Positions 13,520 to 26,800 of a DNA stretch of 64,000 bases are shown here, one piece after another. The stretch's first letter is position 1. Every line of letters starts with the position of its first letter. A program made the position numbers and the translations under genes. The notes under the pieces were generated by a model. The model made no database searches, was not told where the DNA came from, and saw nothing but the letters and a program-made list of their open reading frames with translations. Origin of the DNA: Lingula anatina (Eukaryota; Animalia; Brachiopoda); assembly GCA_051362555.1 (NCBI GenBank), contig CM120647.1, forward strand, positions 4,092,001 to 4,156,000. The letters are read 5' to 3'.

Positions 13520-14320
13520 CATGGAGTGGTGATATACTGGGAGATAATACACTGTCACCCGAGCGATATATGCCATAACACCTCGAGCGTCAGCGAGAGG
13601 TGTTCATGGCATATATCGCGAGAGGGTGACAGAGTATTAGTGATAGATACAATACGAGTCGCCGAGCTGTACGTGAAATATTACGAGTGTATTGGCGAGC
13701 CGCAGGCTTCAACCACGGCCTCTGATTGGCTACTACACTAGTAGTGCAACAGACCGTGGAACGCACTCGTACATGACGTGCTTGTATGTCGCATACAGCA
13801 CGGCCGAGTCTTTTGTTCTACGCGCTTAAATTAAACCACGGCTAGCGCGTAGAACAATTGCAGGGACCGAAACAATAAATGAGACGGAGTGACTGCCACC
13901 TGCGGAAGATGGGCAGGAAATCAGCCAACTACTCACAGAAACCCTCTGACCCATGTCTCTGTCAATACACACGCAACCAAAAACCATTCACGCAAATGAA
14001 AATGATTGGACGGTGACCGCAATTAGGCAGTAAACGCGGGGAAAGTCCATTCTTTGATATCGCCCCATGCGCGGTGATATCAGCGTGTTCTATTCAAAGT
14101 TAGGGGTTTTGGGTGGGGAACACGCACGATTTCCCTTTGTATGTATGACAGGTAATGCACTGTTACCCCCTCGCCCGATATCCACGATAGCATGCCTCGC
14201 TGGCGCTCGGCATGCTATCGTGATATCGGACTCGTGGACAGTGCATTATATTTACTACCTAAAACACCCCTAAAACCGAATAAAGTGACCCTATATCACG
14301 CTCTAGGGATGTTATATGAA
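13520..14320. mobile_element. Palindrome-bearing non-autonomous repeat (family uncertain)
   Basis: Long hairpin at 13551-13634 (CTGTCACCC..GCGATATATGCCAT..ATGGCATATATCGC..GGGTGACAG). 13640-13706 is shared, inverted, with 2818-2888. Right boundary approximate. Confidence 0.5.
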
Positions 14321-15550
14321 ATAAACTCGTCCACGTGCGCTGGTCACCTCCCGCCAAATTCTAACGTAATGTCTGACCAATTTGGTCAATTTTTGCTAAA
14401 TACTTGTCATGGACGTTCAACTGGCGTGAAAAGTATTTAATCAATCGTTGACACTGACCATGCGCGTCTCAGCTGAGCCACACCCAGCTGGACCTGCTGC
14501 AGAAAAAAGATCCCAAGGCAAAATCTCTACTTTTAAGTGACATTTCAGATAAACAAGGAGCGTCGGACCGGGATATAGTCAAACTAATTTTTCACAAGTG
14601 CAAAGGAGAAAGAAATTTACTTTTTGGTGATATTTCTGACAACGACACAGTTTAGGAATATAGTCAAAAGCAAACGGATGTTTATTACAAGTTCACGGGA
14701 GTAATAATTCTAGTTTTCATTGTTATTCCTGACGACGAGGCGGTTACGGAATATAGTCAAAATCAAACGGATAAATAACACAACCCTCGTTTAAAAAGTT
14801 ATAGATTTACAAATAATTTGTACGCACGTGTGGCTTAAATGTAAACTAATTCCCGTTTTCAAACCATAACCATATGATATGACTTAGTGTAATAAAATTA
14901 TAAATAATTGTTAAACGTGAAGTGTTTATTCTAATTTTTTAAGAGTGTGAGAGATTAAAAATGTGTCTACTGGTCGGTATATAACGCAAGCAACGTCTCT
15001 ATTCTCTTGATGCCAAGAAGGTCTCATGATCAATCTGTCTTTGACTTCCAGCATTTAAGAGACCTCGACTGATTTAACCAATATGTAGTTGTGAAATTCT
15101 AGACTACATCGAGGTTAAATCCGAGTTTTCCGAGAGACGCTACGCAGAAATGTCGAGTAAAGCGAGATATTTTTGGGTAGCGGCTCGAGGTTGCCCTCGA
15201 TCTTCACTGAAGCTTGTCTAAATGGAAAGGCTTCAGTGATCATCATATCGCCACGGTCACATAACATCCCTAGGTATGTATCATGAAGTATCTTAGCATG
15301 TGTCTTTTGTGACCACATTCAGGACAAGCTTACAAAAAATTAAAATAAATAAAAAAACTACATCATTTCCTGGTTTGAAAATCGGAGATGAATAATGTAA
15401 TGACTCTAATAATCAGCTGCAGTACTGTTTGAACACCCACTGGGCAACTTTATCTCTCTCTAACCTTCTCTTTCTTATTCACTCTTTCTCTTTCTCTCTC
15501 TCTCTCACACACACACTTACTCTCTCTCTCTCCTTCACTCACTCACTCAC

Positions 15551-15586
<36 letters not shown>

Positions 15587-15703
15587 TGTCAACTTTTTCG
15601 CTGTTCACTTTATATGCAACGCATCCCGTACTAAAGATAATTTGGAACTGTTGACCTTAACATTATATATTCGCTATTACAGTACTATTCTATACAGAAA
15701 AGC

Positions 15704-17828
15704 ATGGCACGTGTGGAAGAGACGCCGTCGCATTCGTATTTCAACGCAGAAGTCTTAACAAAAAGAGAAAATCCAGGTAAACATTTGACCTTATATATAC
15801 CAGTCGAGTTATCTGTAAATAATGATTAATGTCAGCAATATCAGGAACAATATACAGGCGATGTTTAAGTCAGTTAAAACAGCAGTGACCCATGAATAAA
15901 ATATGTTGCTTCAGTGTACTTGACCGACTAATATTAAAGCTGAGAAATTAGAGCAAAGGTGCTTAAGGTGACTTGTATAATACATTTGAAACGTTCCATG
16001 GCTAGAGAGGATATGTATAATTAAAGATAAAGACATTTCACCCCATTTTCCATGTTATGTCAGTAATCACATACGGTCAAAGCGGCAGCCTCCCCCTATC
16101 TCTCTCTCGCTCTCTCGTCAAAGTTTTTGTGTATAAATTTCATGGTAATGCCTCTAGTCGCAGCGGATATCTTAGTCTAAAGTAATTCTTATGTAGATTA
16201 GTTAATTTTACAGGCAATCACGGTTGTTTTTCCAGAAGAGCCACCCCTAACAGGGTTAAACGGTTCAGATTCGAGTAGAGAAACAGTCGAAAACTACACA
16301 AATACGGCCCATTATTTAGATACAGAGCCTTCCTACACGCCATTGGATCTCGAAACAATTCCGAATCATCCTACGTACGACTATGTGTACCCAAGTGGAT
16401 CAAACCATATTCCAACAGAGAACGAGCGGTTTCCGTCCACAAAACACAAACCGGATACTGTAGTGCGGTCGTTGATACGGGAGAGATGTCTTCTGCGGGC
16501 TGTGGTTGTCGTCTGCTGCCTAATGATAGTAACTCTCGCTGTCGGATTCATACCTGCATCAAGTAAAACATGCACATATACAACTCCAAATACCGAGTCT
16601 TTCTCTGTTCAAGGGAATCGATCGCATCCTAAACTTTTACCAGGTAATGTGGTTCTTGCTCCTGCCAAACATATATGCTTATATTGCCAGTAGGCCTACA
16701 TATAAGTTTCTTTTTTTTTCATAAGCAGCTGTAAACTCACTATAGAAATAGAAAAAAAATATATATATATTTGGCATCTTAATCATGACTTACTAATTTT
16801 GAAGCAAGCACAGTTCTTTCATTTTGTATCAACCACAAGTTTTACGGAATCATTAAAAGTCATTGAACTTGGGGCTGTCACAAGGGAATTTACATTGGCG
16901 ACAGTAATAGGTAACAGGGCACAGGTTATATGAGTTATGAATTAAGGACATACGGGTGTGGAATCTGATATGGATATATGTTACACTTTGAGAGCATGAT
17001 ACAAAATTGTCTATTCAGGTATTTCTTACCCATTCATTCAAAGCAAATACACGAAGCGCCCCCCCCCCCCCGAATTTATTCTTTGAGTAAATGTGTGGTT
17101 CGTCTCTTGGGATCAACGAGGACCATTTAGTCATTCTGCGAGCTAGTTCTTTGAGTGGCTGGAAAGGCCAATTTGTGCTTGAAAGAATTACCTGCAGTAT
17201 GGGCAATGAATTGTGGCTGCTGTTAAAGGCTTGCTGGAACTGGTTTTTCTTTTTTGGGCTGTCTTTATTTTTTGCCTTGATAATTCGGTTGGTTTCAAAG
17301 GCTTCGGCGCCATAGTGAACATCTGAAAGCCCCTGCAGTCTGTTCATTGCATACATCTCCCAGATGTCATTGCATACATCTCCCAGATGTCATCACTTCT
17401 CAGTCAGCATTATGCCACCATCTTTGTAGACACCAGCTGTGATGGAGTCCGAGCCGGGTGGTTTGACACTGGATAGCTGGGGAATAGCTTTATGGATCTC
17501 CTACAAAGTTGGAATATCATCCAATGTCTCATTATTTGCACCTGGGGGAGTTGGTCGATGGCACCATCGTTGATGGTGGAGGGGCGGTTCAGTGCACTGT
17601 CAAATTGTACCTCCCACTTTTCAAGGATCTTGTCATAGAATACAGAACCATCAGCACTGGGGAGAGGGGCAAAACCAGAGGTAGTGGGATCATAGACTTC
17701 TCTCAAGACATTGTAGAAGTCCTTCATGTCCTTGTGGTCTGCGAAGCTCTCTATGTCATCAGCTTTGGAACACAACCAGAAGTCTTGCACCTGACGTAAC
17801 TTAACCTGTACTTAGTTGGGTTCTCTCT

Positions 17829-17877
<49 letters not shown>

Positions 17878-20212
17878 TTGACTGAGACTTGGGATCCTTA
17901 ACGTATGCTCTGTAGGCTTGGTGTTTGATATCTAACAGCTCCTTGATCACAGTACAGTTGTCATCAAACCAGTCTTTGTGCTTCCTAGTAGAAGGGCATA
18001 GGCATTCCATAACAGTGTTATAAAATGTCTCATGATGCACCCCATGCTGCTTTCTCTCTCTGGTTGTCTTTTACAGTGGACTCAATGTTTTTTTCCAATG
18101 TGTCAACAAAGTTTAGCTTGATGTTGTTTAGTTTCAGCTTGTTGACATCCAGGCGTTCGGGCGTTTTCATACCTTGTGGACAAGAGAGTGAGTTCAACGG
18201 TGTGCAATTCTTCTTCACTTTATTTTGATTATTATGATATATCTGGTCCGTATAGTCAATGGGGTTCGGGGGGGGGGGGGTCGAAAGAACACTTTTTTGC
18301 CGGAAATGGTTCACTTTGGGTAGAATTTTATCTAGGTTCTTGAAGGTTTCATGGTAAACCGGCGTGAAAAAGTATCGAAGTAGCAAAAAAGCATTAACGC
18401 AGTAGTGGTTTGGAGCAGAGTTTGTACAGAGAGGAGCATTAATGCAGTAGATTAGCAGCATGATAGAAGCATGTTTCAAATATGCAAATTAGCTCCCAAA
18501 TCGAAGCAGATTTGAAGCATGTTTACAGTATGATTGCAGTAGTCTACTGCGCTGGAGTATCTACTGCGTTTTCAGGCCTACCCAACTACCAGACTCGGCA
18601 CCTACGGATCCAGAATAAACCGGTATATCAGACCACACTACCGGTTTTCAAGGTGTGTGTAAGATCGCATTACAGAGTATCATACCCCATCACAAATTTT
18701 GTAAGCCTACCTGTCATCCGGGTATCGCGCCTCGTTTTCGTCAAGTAGGAGTCGTATGAATACAACAACATGGAAATCGGCAATCCTCGGCTCATTCCGC
18801 AAGCTCCATACTATTGTCGAGTGCGGAGACATCGGAGTAGTTCCGAGTGACAGCATGGCGACAGACGACTCACTGAATCTCGTCCAGAAAATATTTAACC
18901 ACCGACAGAATATGCTTCCGCTATCAAAATTAGGTCTACTTTTCTAAATGAATATATAAGTTTGCAAGTTCTTATTTACAAAACATCATTGGCTATGTTC
19001 GAACCTAAATTTTATGTTAAAAATTGCGGTATTGTCAGATTTTTAGCATAAACAGGGAAAATTGCAGCAGCGCATGAATCTAGATGAGATGCACTACTTT
19101 CCAACCCCGCTTTAGACCACGGTGGAAGTGAAGAACAAAAGATTCAGACGTGGTGTAAGTCGCATAACCGCACGTCTCGCATGAATGCGTTATAACCCGC
19201 TAATGGACCCGTGGTCTAAATAAGATAGATCCCTCGTCAGCGAGGGTTATGTGACATCCACTCGTGCTTCGCACTCGTGTATGCCACATAACCCTCGCTG
19301 ACTCGGGGTCTATCTATTACTACGATCATCGCTATCACACCGCACACCAGGCAAAATCGGTGTGGTGGCTGATACTCTGTAATGCGATCTGACACACACC
19401 TTGAAAACGGGTAGTGTGGTCTGATATACCGGTTTATTCTGGATCCGTAGGTGCCGAGTCTGGTAGTTGGTTAGGCCTGGTTTTCTTGCGGGAAAACGCA
19501 CAGCTCCCGTTTTCAGAATAAGCTCACCCTTTTGAAATTGCTGGCTATGGGCCTGTTTATGCAATAAATATCTTCTCTCTTTCAGAATGTCCCCCCAACT
19601 TTTCCGGTGCCAACAATTCCTGCTACTTTGTCAATTCGAAAACTAGGCAAAATTGGACAGAATCTCAAGCATTTTGCCAGATGTTAGGCGCTAACTTGGT
19701 GGCCATAGAGTCCCGTGCGGAGAACGAATTCATCATCAATATTTTGAGACTAAACAACTTCCGTAAGTACCTGCGTAAAACGCCAGGCGTGGTCCAGTGT
19801 CACGAAACTGTGGGTCCGCGTGAGAGAAAGTCCGTCCTCCATATAGTTACAATGGTTAGGGTTAGTCTGACCTAAATGGGTCAAAATCTAGGGCGAGGCT
19901 CACCTGTACAAAGTAATGGGAAGCGGACTCTCTGTCACGAGGGACTTTCTGGTACATGACACCTGCACACAATAAACACAAAAATGATAAAAATATAAAT
20001 ACAATGCCGTATAACAAAGCAATAATTGAAATAAAGAAAAATTAATAAAATTAAATAGGAATACGTGAAATAATTAGTACCTTCTTACTTAATTAGTTCG
20101 TTGGTAAAACAGATTCATTTATGCCTGCGGCTATTATATTATATTATATTATATTATATTATATTATATTATATTATATTACACCTGGTAATAAGCGCAT
20201 TTAGAGGAGTTT

Positions 20213-20245
<33 letters not shown>

Positions 20246-20741
20246 TAATAATAGTGAAATAAAATAAAATGAAATAACAACTTTATTTGCGAACCACCTT
20301 ATTGTCATTCCATGAAAAGTAGTAAGCTAACTTGTTCCTGTTCGTCAAATTGTCAACGCGCAACATTATGTCTGCTTTCAAAATGCAGATGTCCCTTCTC
20401 TTTTATGGGTAGTGCTTTTAACTACCCGTTGGCATATATTCATCCTTTCTTCTTTCTTTCCAGCTGCCAACGCATCTCACCCTGCCTGGTGGATCGGCGC
20501 CACTGACACCCAGACAGAAGGACACTTCGTATGGGCTGTGCTGAACACCACAGTGGTCACGTGGTTTGGCCGGAAGCCAGACAACTATGACAAGGGGCAG
20601 GACTGTGCTACAATACGAGCCGAATGGAACTATGACTGGGACGACACTGCTTGTTACACCCGACAAGGGTGCATTTGTGAACTGCAAATTAGAGCGGAAT
20701 CAGAGAGGCGGACTAAGAGATCCGAAGATCAATTATGGTGA
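15704..20741 (+). CDS. Type II transmembrane C-type lectin receptor (4 exons, ~311 aa)
   Basis: Exons 15704-15776, 16236-16643, 19586-19762, 20464-20741, all phase-1 GT-AG, 936 nt in frame. Cytoplasmic N-terminus, TM segment LLRAVVVVCCLMIVTLAVGFI, CTLD CPPNF..NNSCY..W.ESQAFC..LGANLVAIES..E..FI..WWIGATD..EG.F.W..KPD..DC..WDDTAC..ICE. Exon 1 assignment is the least certain. Confidence 0.85.
17355..18190 (-). mobile_element. Decayed RTE-clade LINE fragment (EN-RT linker region)
   Basis: RLDVNKLK, RKHKDWFDDNC..I, KADDIESFADHKDMKDFY..L..VY.P, SADGS, LNRPSTINDGAIDQLPQ. Frameshifted and interrupted by (TA)n. Lies in intron 2 of the CTL gene. Confidence 0.85.
18573..19479. mobile_element. MITE with ~110-bp TIRs
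   Basis: CAGGCCTA..ACAGAGTATCA (18573-18682) inverted at 19370-19479. Flanked by GTTTT on both sides. Internal hairpin at 19222-19315. Confidence 0.85.
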
Positions 20742-21143
20742 TAAATTTAAAAAGCTTGCCGCTAAATTCCCGCACAGACACCTATTACGCAACAAGCATT
20801 AATTGGGTCAGCCATATTTGATCCGCGGATCTGTTAGTCTGCTGTTAGACTGAGCTCGAGTAACACGCGGTTACGTCACGATATTTTTTTCGTGCTTCTT
20901 AGGTCGATATATCTTAGGTCGTTCTTGTTTATCTCATTACTCGCCACAGTACTGCATTAATACTTGTAGGAAAGAGTGTAAAAGGGATGTTGTGATGTAC
21001 TGTGCTAAGTTCAGATGTAGTTGGGTTACCAAATTTATGGCGCCCCTTATTAGTAGTTTTTTTTTCTGTTTACCATTTTATAAACACTGAATTGATCCCT
21101 ATGAAATATAGAATTCCTTCGTCTAAACGACCATGCTGTTTGA

Positions 21144-21752
21144 AGCCCCTGTCACACTTATTATGAATCAGCAGGAATCAAGCAGAACCAGCCGGAATGA
21201 CTAAATTTAAAATTTCTCAGAATGCGCTTGAATCCGCCTGGAATGATTCGTGCACATTTTGGCTGTATTAGCTCGCAAATGCAGCTCGAATGTAGTTGGA
21301 AAATTAGGAATATCAATAATGCTGTCAGAATGCAGTCAGGATATTTAGCATACACTTCGAATGCCGTACGAGTGTAGTTCGATTGCTGGCTGAAATAGGA
21401 TCTAGATGCATTCAAGGTTGCATTCTGGCTCATTCTAGCAGGATTTGAAGTGTCTTGCCATTTCGGTTCTCCCTCGAATGTGATCAGAATGTTTCGAATG
21501 CCGTGAGAATATTTAGAATGCGGTCATAATGCAGTTAGAACACTATTCAAATGCCATTCGATGAATTTTTACTTGAAATGCACTTCGAAAGTTTTTAACT
21601 TGAACAATACATTCGGGCCGGCAACAAGAATGGGTAAACATATTTGGAATGCACTCGGAATTTTTAGAATGACCTTCGAATATCCAGGAACGCACAAATA
21701 ATCGTCTTTCCGATGGCATTCTTGCTCATTCCCCCTCTAGTGTGATGGGGAT
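21144..21752. mobile_element. PIF/Harbinger-like MITE with GAATG/CATTC repeats
   Basis: Termini AGCCCCTGTCACACT / AGTGTGATGGGGAT; dense internal GAAT/ATTC motifs. Confidence 0.6.
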
Positions 21753-22089
21753 ATTAACGCACAGTTTTTAATTGTACGCACATGACTAAGCAAATACATG
21801 TATTAAATCAACTATTTTCTTTTTTCTTTTTGTCTTTTTCGTATTAATTAGCTTTCTTTCCAATTTCACATTGGTGTTATGCAATAACCGATACATTCCT
21901 CATATCTCCTACATCCATGTTGTGTCAGAATCAATCATTTAATTAAGGAAACCAAATGAAAAAAAACTAAGTATATAGGTTAATTGACAATTTATCAGTT
22001 GAGGCCATTTTTATGAATGTCAAGCTCAGATGAGATAGATGTATTACAGTGTCATTGTAACAAAATTACAGGACAAGGACTGCTGTAGG

Positions 22090-23280
<1,191 letters not shown>

Positions 23281-24094
23281 ATAATAGCAGATCACCCAAA
23301 GTCTCCGTTTCACGTTTTTCTCCCAAACTACAACGATCTGTTGACAACTGACAGGTGTAAGCAATACCTTATGGCAGTGGGAAGATAGTGGTCGTAGTTT
23401 GAATTTGATTATAACTGTTCAAAGTATATTTTGAAGGCATGTTTTTAGCGTTTATTTCCCTAAAGCTTTGGCTTGTTTGACGGGTATCATATACTGTCAG
23501 TAACACTCTAGTGATAGATAGTAAGAGTAGGTGGCGCATTGGATAACGTCGTAGGTCATAAAGCATTCTCACTTCGATCCTGTTTTCCTTCTGTTTTTTT
23601 TCAATTATCATTTCATTTTATATCAATACAAGTGAGGAGAAAATACTTTCACATAGATTATAGTATATCATCAGGTGTTAATACAAGTATGTGAAATAGC
23701 TTAGAGAATAAAGATGTATTTTTTATTGGTTTAATATAGCCTTGAAGACGATATTTTAAGTCAACACACTTTATCACGGCACGGGCCCATAGCCAACAGT
23801 TTTCAAACGGGGGAAGGGGGGGGTCTTTTTTATGTGGACATTTTACCATGAAACCTTCGTGTACCTAGATAAAATCTCACCCAGATGGAACCTTTTCCCG
23901 AATCCCCGAACCCCCCCCCCCCCCCCCCCCCCGGACTACAGACTGCGGGATGTCAGTGTTTTTACATTTATCAAAAGCACCAACAAACTGCAGCTATAGA
24001 CGCACATGTACTAGTAACACCCAATCATTCCAAAAACGATAAAAAATGGTGTATAAAAAAGAAAATACATGTATTCCTTCAGTGAAGAACTTAC

Positions 24095-24732
24095 TCTGCC
24101 TGAAAATCTCGTTTACGGGCGTCTGTTCGCTGCGTGGTGATCTGATTTTTGGAATTCGTTATAATGTCACGGATGTACAGGTATAGACTTGCAAGGTACC
24201 TGACAATTACTTTGGTTTGTCAAGTGCATATATGTTGACATAATCAAATACATCTATTCGATAACTTCTTTGAGTCTGCCTTTTGTGCCGTATCCGGTAT
24301 CCGTATCCGATATCCGTAACCGGCTGAAAGTGTTAGTGTGCGGAATTGTATCGAAGCTATGGTCCGGATATTTCGGTAATTAAGTTGATCAATTCGCCTG
24401 TTACTATAGAATCATACAATGGAAACGCTTTAATTTCATTCTATATTCCAACAATAATAGAAGTTTTAACTTAATTAAAATTACAGGCGTCTTTCAAAGG
24501 GTCGTCCTCGTGAAGTGTGAAATCAATTAATATAGGTACATTAAAACATTTCGCATTGTGAGACTTAGATTTATATTCTTTGACATATTCGTCTCGCCTT
24601 GATCTGAGCCGCAATTCAGCAAATCCTTCATAGCTACACAGTAAATAGGTATTCGATTGACCACGTCTCTCAAGAGAACGCGAGATAGGCGGTCAATGCC
24701 ACATATAAAGAGCACAGAAACTCCTTGACAGT
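24095..24732 (+). repeat. Inverted duplicate of the 5' flank of paralogue A (~4609-5170)
   Basis: For example GACTTGCAAGGTACCTGACAATTACTTTGG and CCGTATCCGGTATCCGTATCCGATATCCGTAACCGGCTG are reverse complements of 5041-5070 and 4930-4968. Confidence 0.9.
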
Positions 24733-26760
24733 ATGGCTTGTTGTTCGGCACTAATACCACTAGGTGCGACCTTTCTTTTCTTTTTGTCATCAGTTAGTGT
24801 CACTGTCAGGGAAGGACGGTTCAATGTGACAAGCGGACTGCGGGAAGCAGGGACAGTGGTTGACACTCAGCATGAGTTCAGTGTTGTCGAGTGTGCCGAT
24901 CTCTGCAGAGGGAAGGTTATATGTTCTGGAGCTAACTACCACAGCGTCAGTAAAACCTGTGAGATATATGTTAATGCCAGTGCTGGGAATACTACCGTGG
25001 ATGCTGATGAAAAGGATTGGGTGAATTTAGGTATCTTCTTCAACCTGCCTCGCACAGATAGGAAAAGAGTATATAATGTAACAAAGCAATAGTTACTTAA
25101 CGTTATTATATTGCATTGTGTTTTATTGCGTTACGATACGTTACGTTACATGGTACGTAACATTATATTATATTATATTATATTATATTATATTATATTA
25201 TATTATATTATATTATATTATATTACAAGTGCCAGCGCCATGTGACGTTATATTCGGTCCTTATGGTGAAGTGACAGAGGAAGACTCCCAATACAATGAC
25301 GCTGCTATCGCTAGGGCCGGAAAGATCACAGGATTCAGAGTTCAACATGGAGCACTCATAGACGGGTAAGGGAGCAGGCCCATAAACCCATCGTACTAGC
25401 TGGTGCGATCGAGCTCTGGTGGGGGGATTCTCGTCAAATTGCATTCATCATGTGTGGCTTAAATGTCTGACACGCCTACTTAACCTAATAGGGGATAAAT
25501 AACGACAGTGACTTGTGTGCCAGGCATTGAATCAGATAACACTTAAAGAACCTTAGCTAGAATCCCCGCAGAGTTAGATCGTCCAAGCTAGTACAGTGCG
25601 TTTATGTTAACCCAGTCTATAGCCTCGGTCACAACCGGACGCACGAATTTCAGGATCGTAAGTCCCCTGCGATTTTGGGGTGTCGCGGAGGCCGTGGAGG
25701 TCGTAGAGGTAGAGGAAAGTCTGCCTTGCAAGTCGCAAGGGCCTCATGAGATGTCTTTTCAAGCAGGGGCACTAATTGTAAGGAGCGATGGCCGTGGAAA
25801 TTGTACTCATTTCTTGAGTTTGTCTTGCTTCCTGTGTACGTGGCACACATTCACCACTTACGAAGGGAATGCAACGCACGGCGAAAGTAGTGCCCTTTTG
25901 CGTCAGTGTTACTTCACACTTGCCTCACACGTCAGTGGTGACGTACTGACGGCGTACGTCAGTTTTGCTTATTGTTCTCCTCTTCTTTCTTCTTCCTCCT
26001 CGTTTTTTTTCTACTATGTAAGCTTCTTTCTCTTGCCTTTTGGAGGCATATCAGAAACTAAATTGAGCAAAAATTTGAAAATTTTGAAAATTGTTGTACA
26101 CGTTAAACAGTCGATGTTCATTGTAAAGACACGAGCGTGCTTAGTGAGCACGCCTTTTATACACCAGGCGTGGAGGTGACGCACGTGCGATGCATTCCTG
26201 GTGTGCTCTCGACTTTGTTCGTTAGTTGTGAGGACGTGCACCTTTACTCAACACACAAAGGGCAGTTGCTCCTTCATTGCTTACGACGTGCGTCTTGCAC
26301 AACGCGCGTCTCACCTGCTAACTCCGTGCGAGGAGAACAAAGTACGCTTGCGGCCTCGCTGTTCGCAGGCTATTCGCAGGCTATTCGTAGAATCTTTCGT
26401 AGAATCCAACATCCTCCGTACGTGCTTACGTCTGCGAACTCGAAATTGCGTAAGAAGGACTTGCGTGGGACATGAGATTCTGGACGCAAACAAACAGCCC
26501 GTAAGAGCCCTTACGGCCGGTTGTGACCGAGGCTTAGGTGGTATTTTCAAAGGTAAATAAGATGATTTTTTACCAGTATAAAAGCTCAGTTTTTACCTGC
26601 TTCACTCTGTTAACTGACTTGAATATTTTATGTTGAATACTAATAGTTAAACTGCTCTTAGTTAAAAAGGATTACAAATTGAATGACGTGGAGGCTATTT
26701 ATGGCGAAAAAATGGAATTCGAAGCGTCAAGACTTGTACACGTTTATAAATAGGATGAAG

Positions 26761-26800
<40 letters not shown>

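Noticed and set aside
19855-19866. GGTTAGGGTTAG as an interstitial telomere
   Set aside because: Only about two units, inside a small inverted-repeat element.
24704-24709. TATAAA upstream of paralogue B as a TATA box
   Set aside because: It is too close to the ATG to leave a leader, reads TTTAAA in paralogue A, and TTGACAG just before the ATG may instead be a splice acceptor.
25604-26560. Overlapping ORFs (191, 112, 119 aa) recurring at 37.5-38.2 kb and 47.1-48.2 kb
   Set aside because: They lie within MITE copies, differ in length and frame between copies, and show no transposase or Myb motifs.
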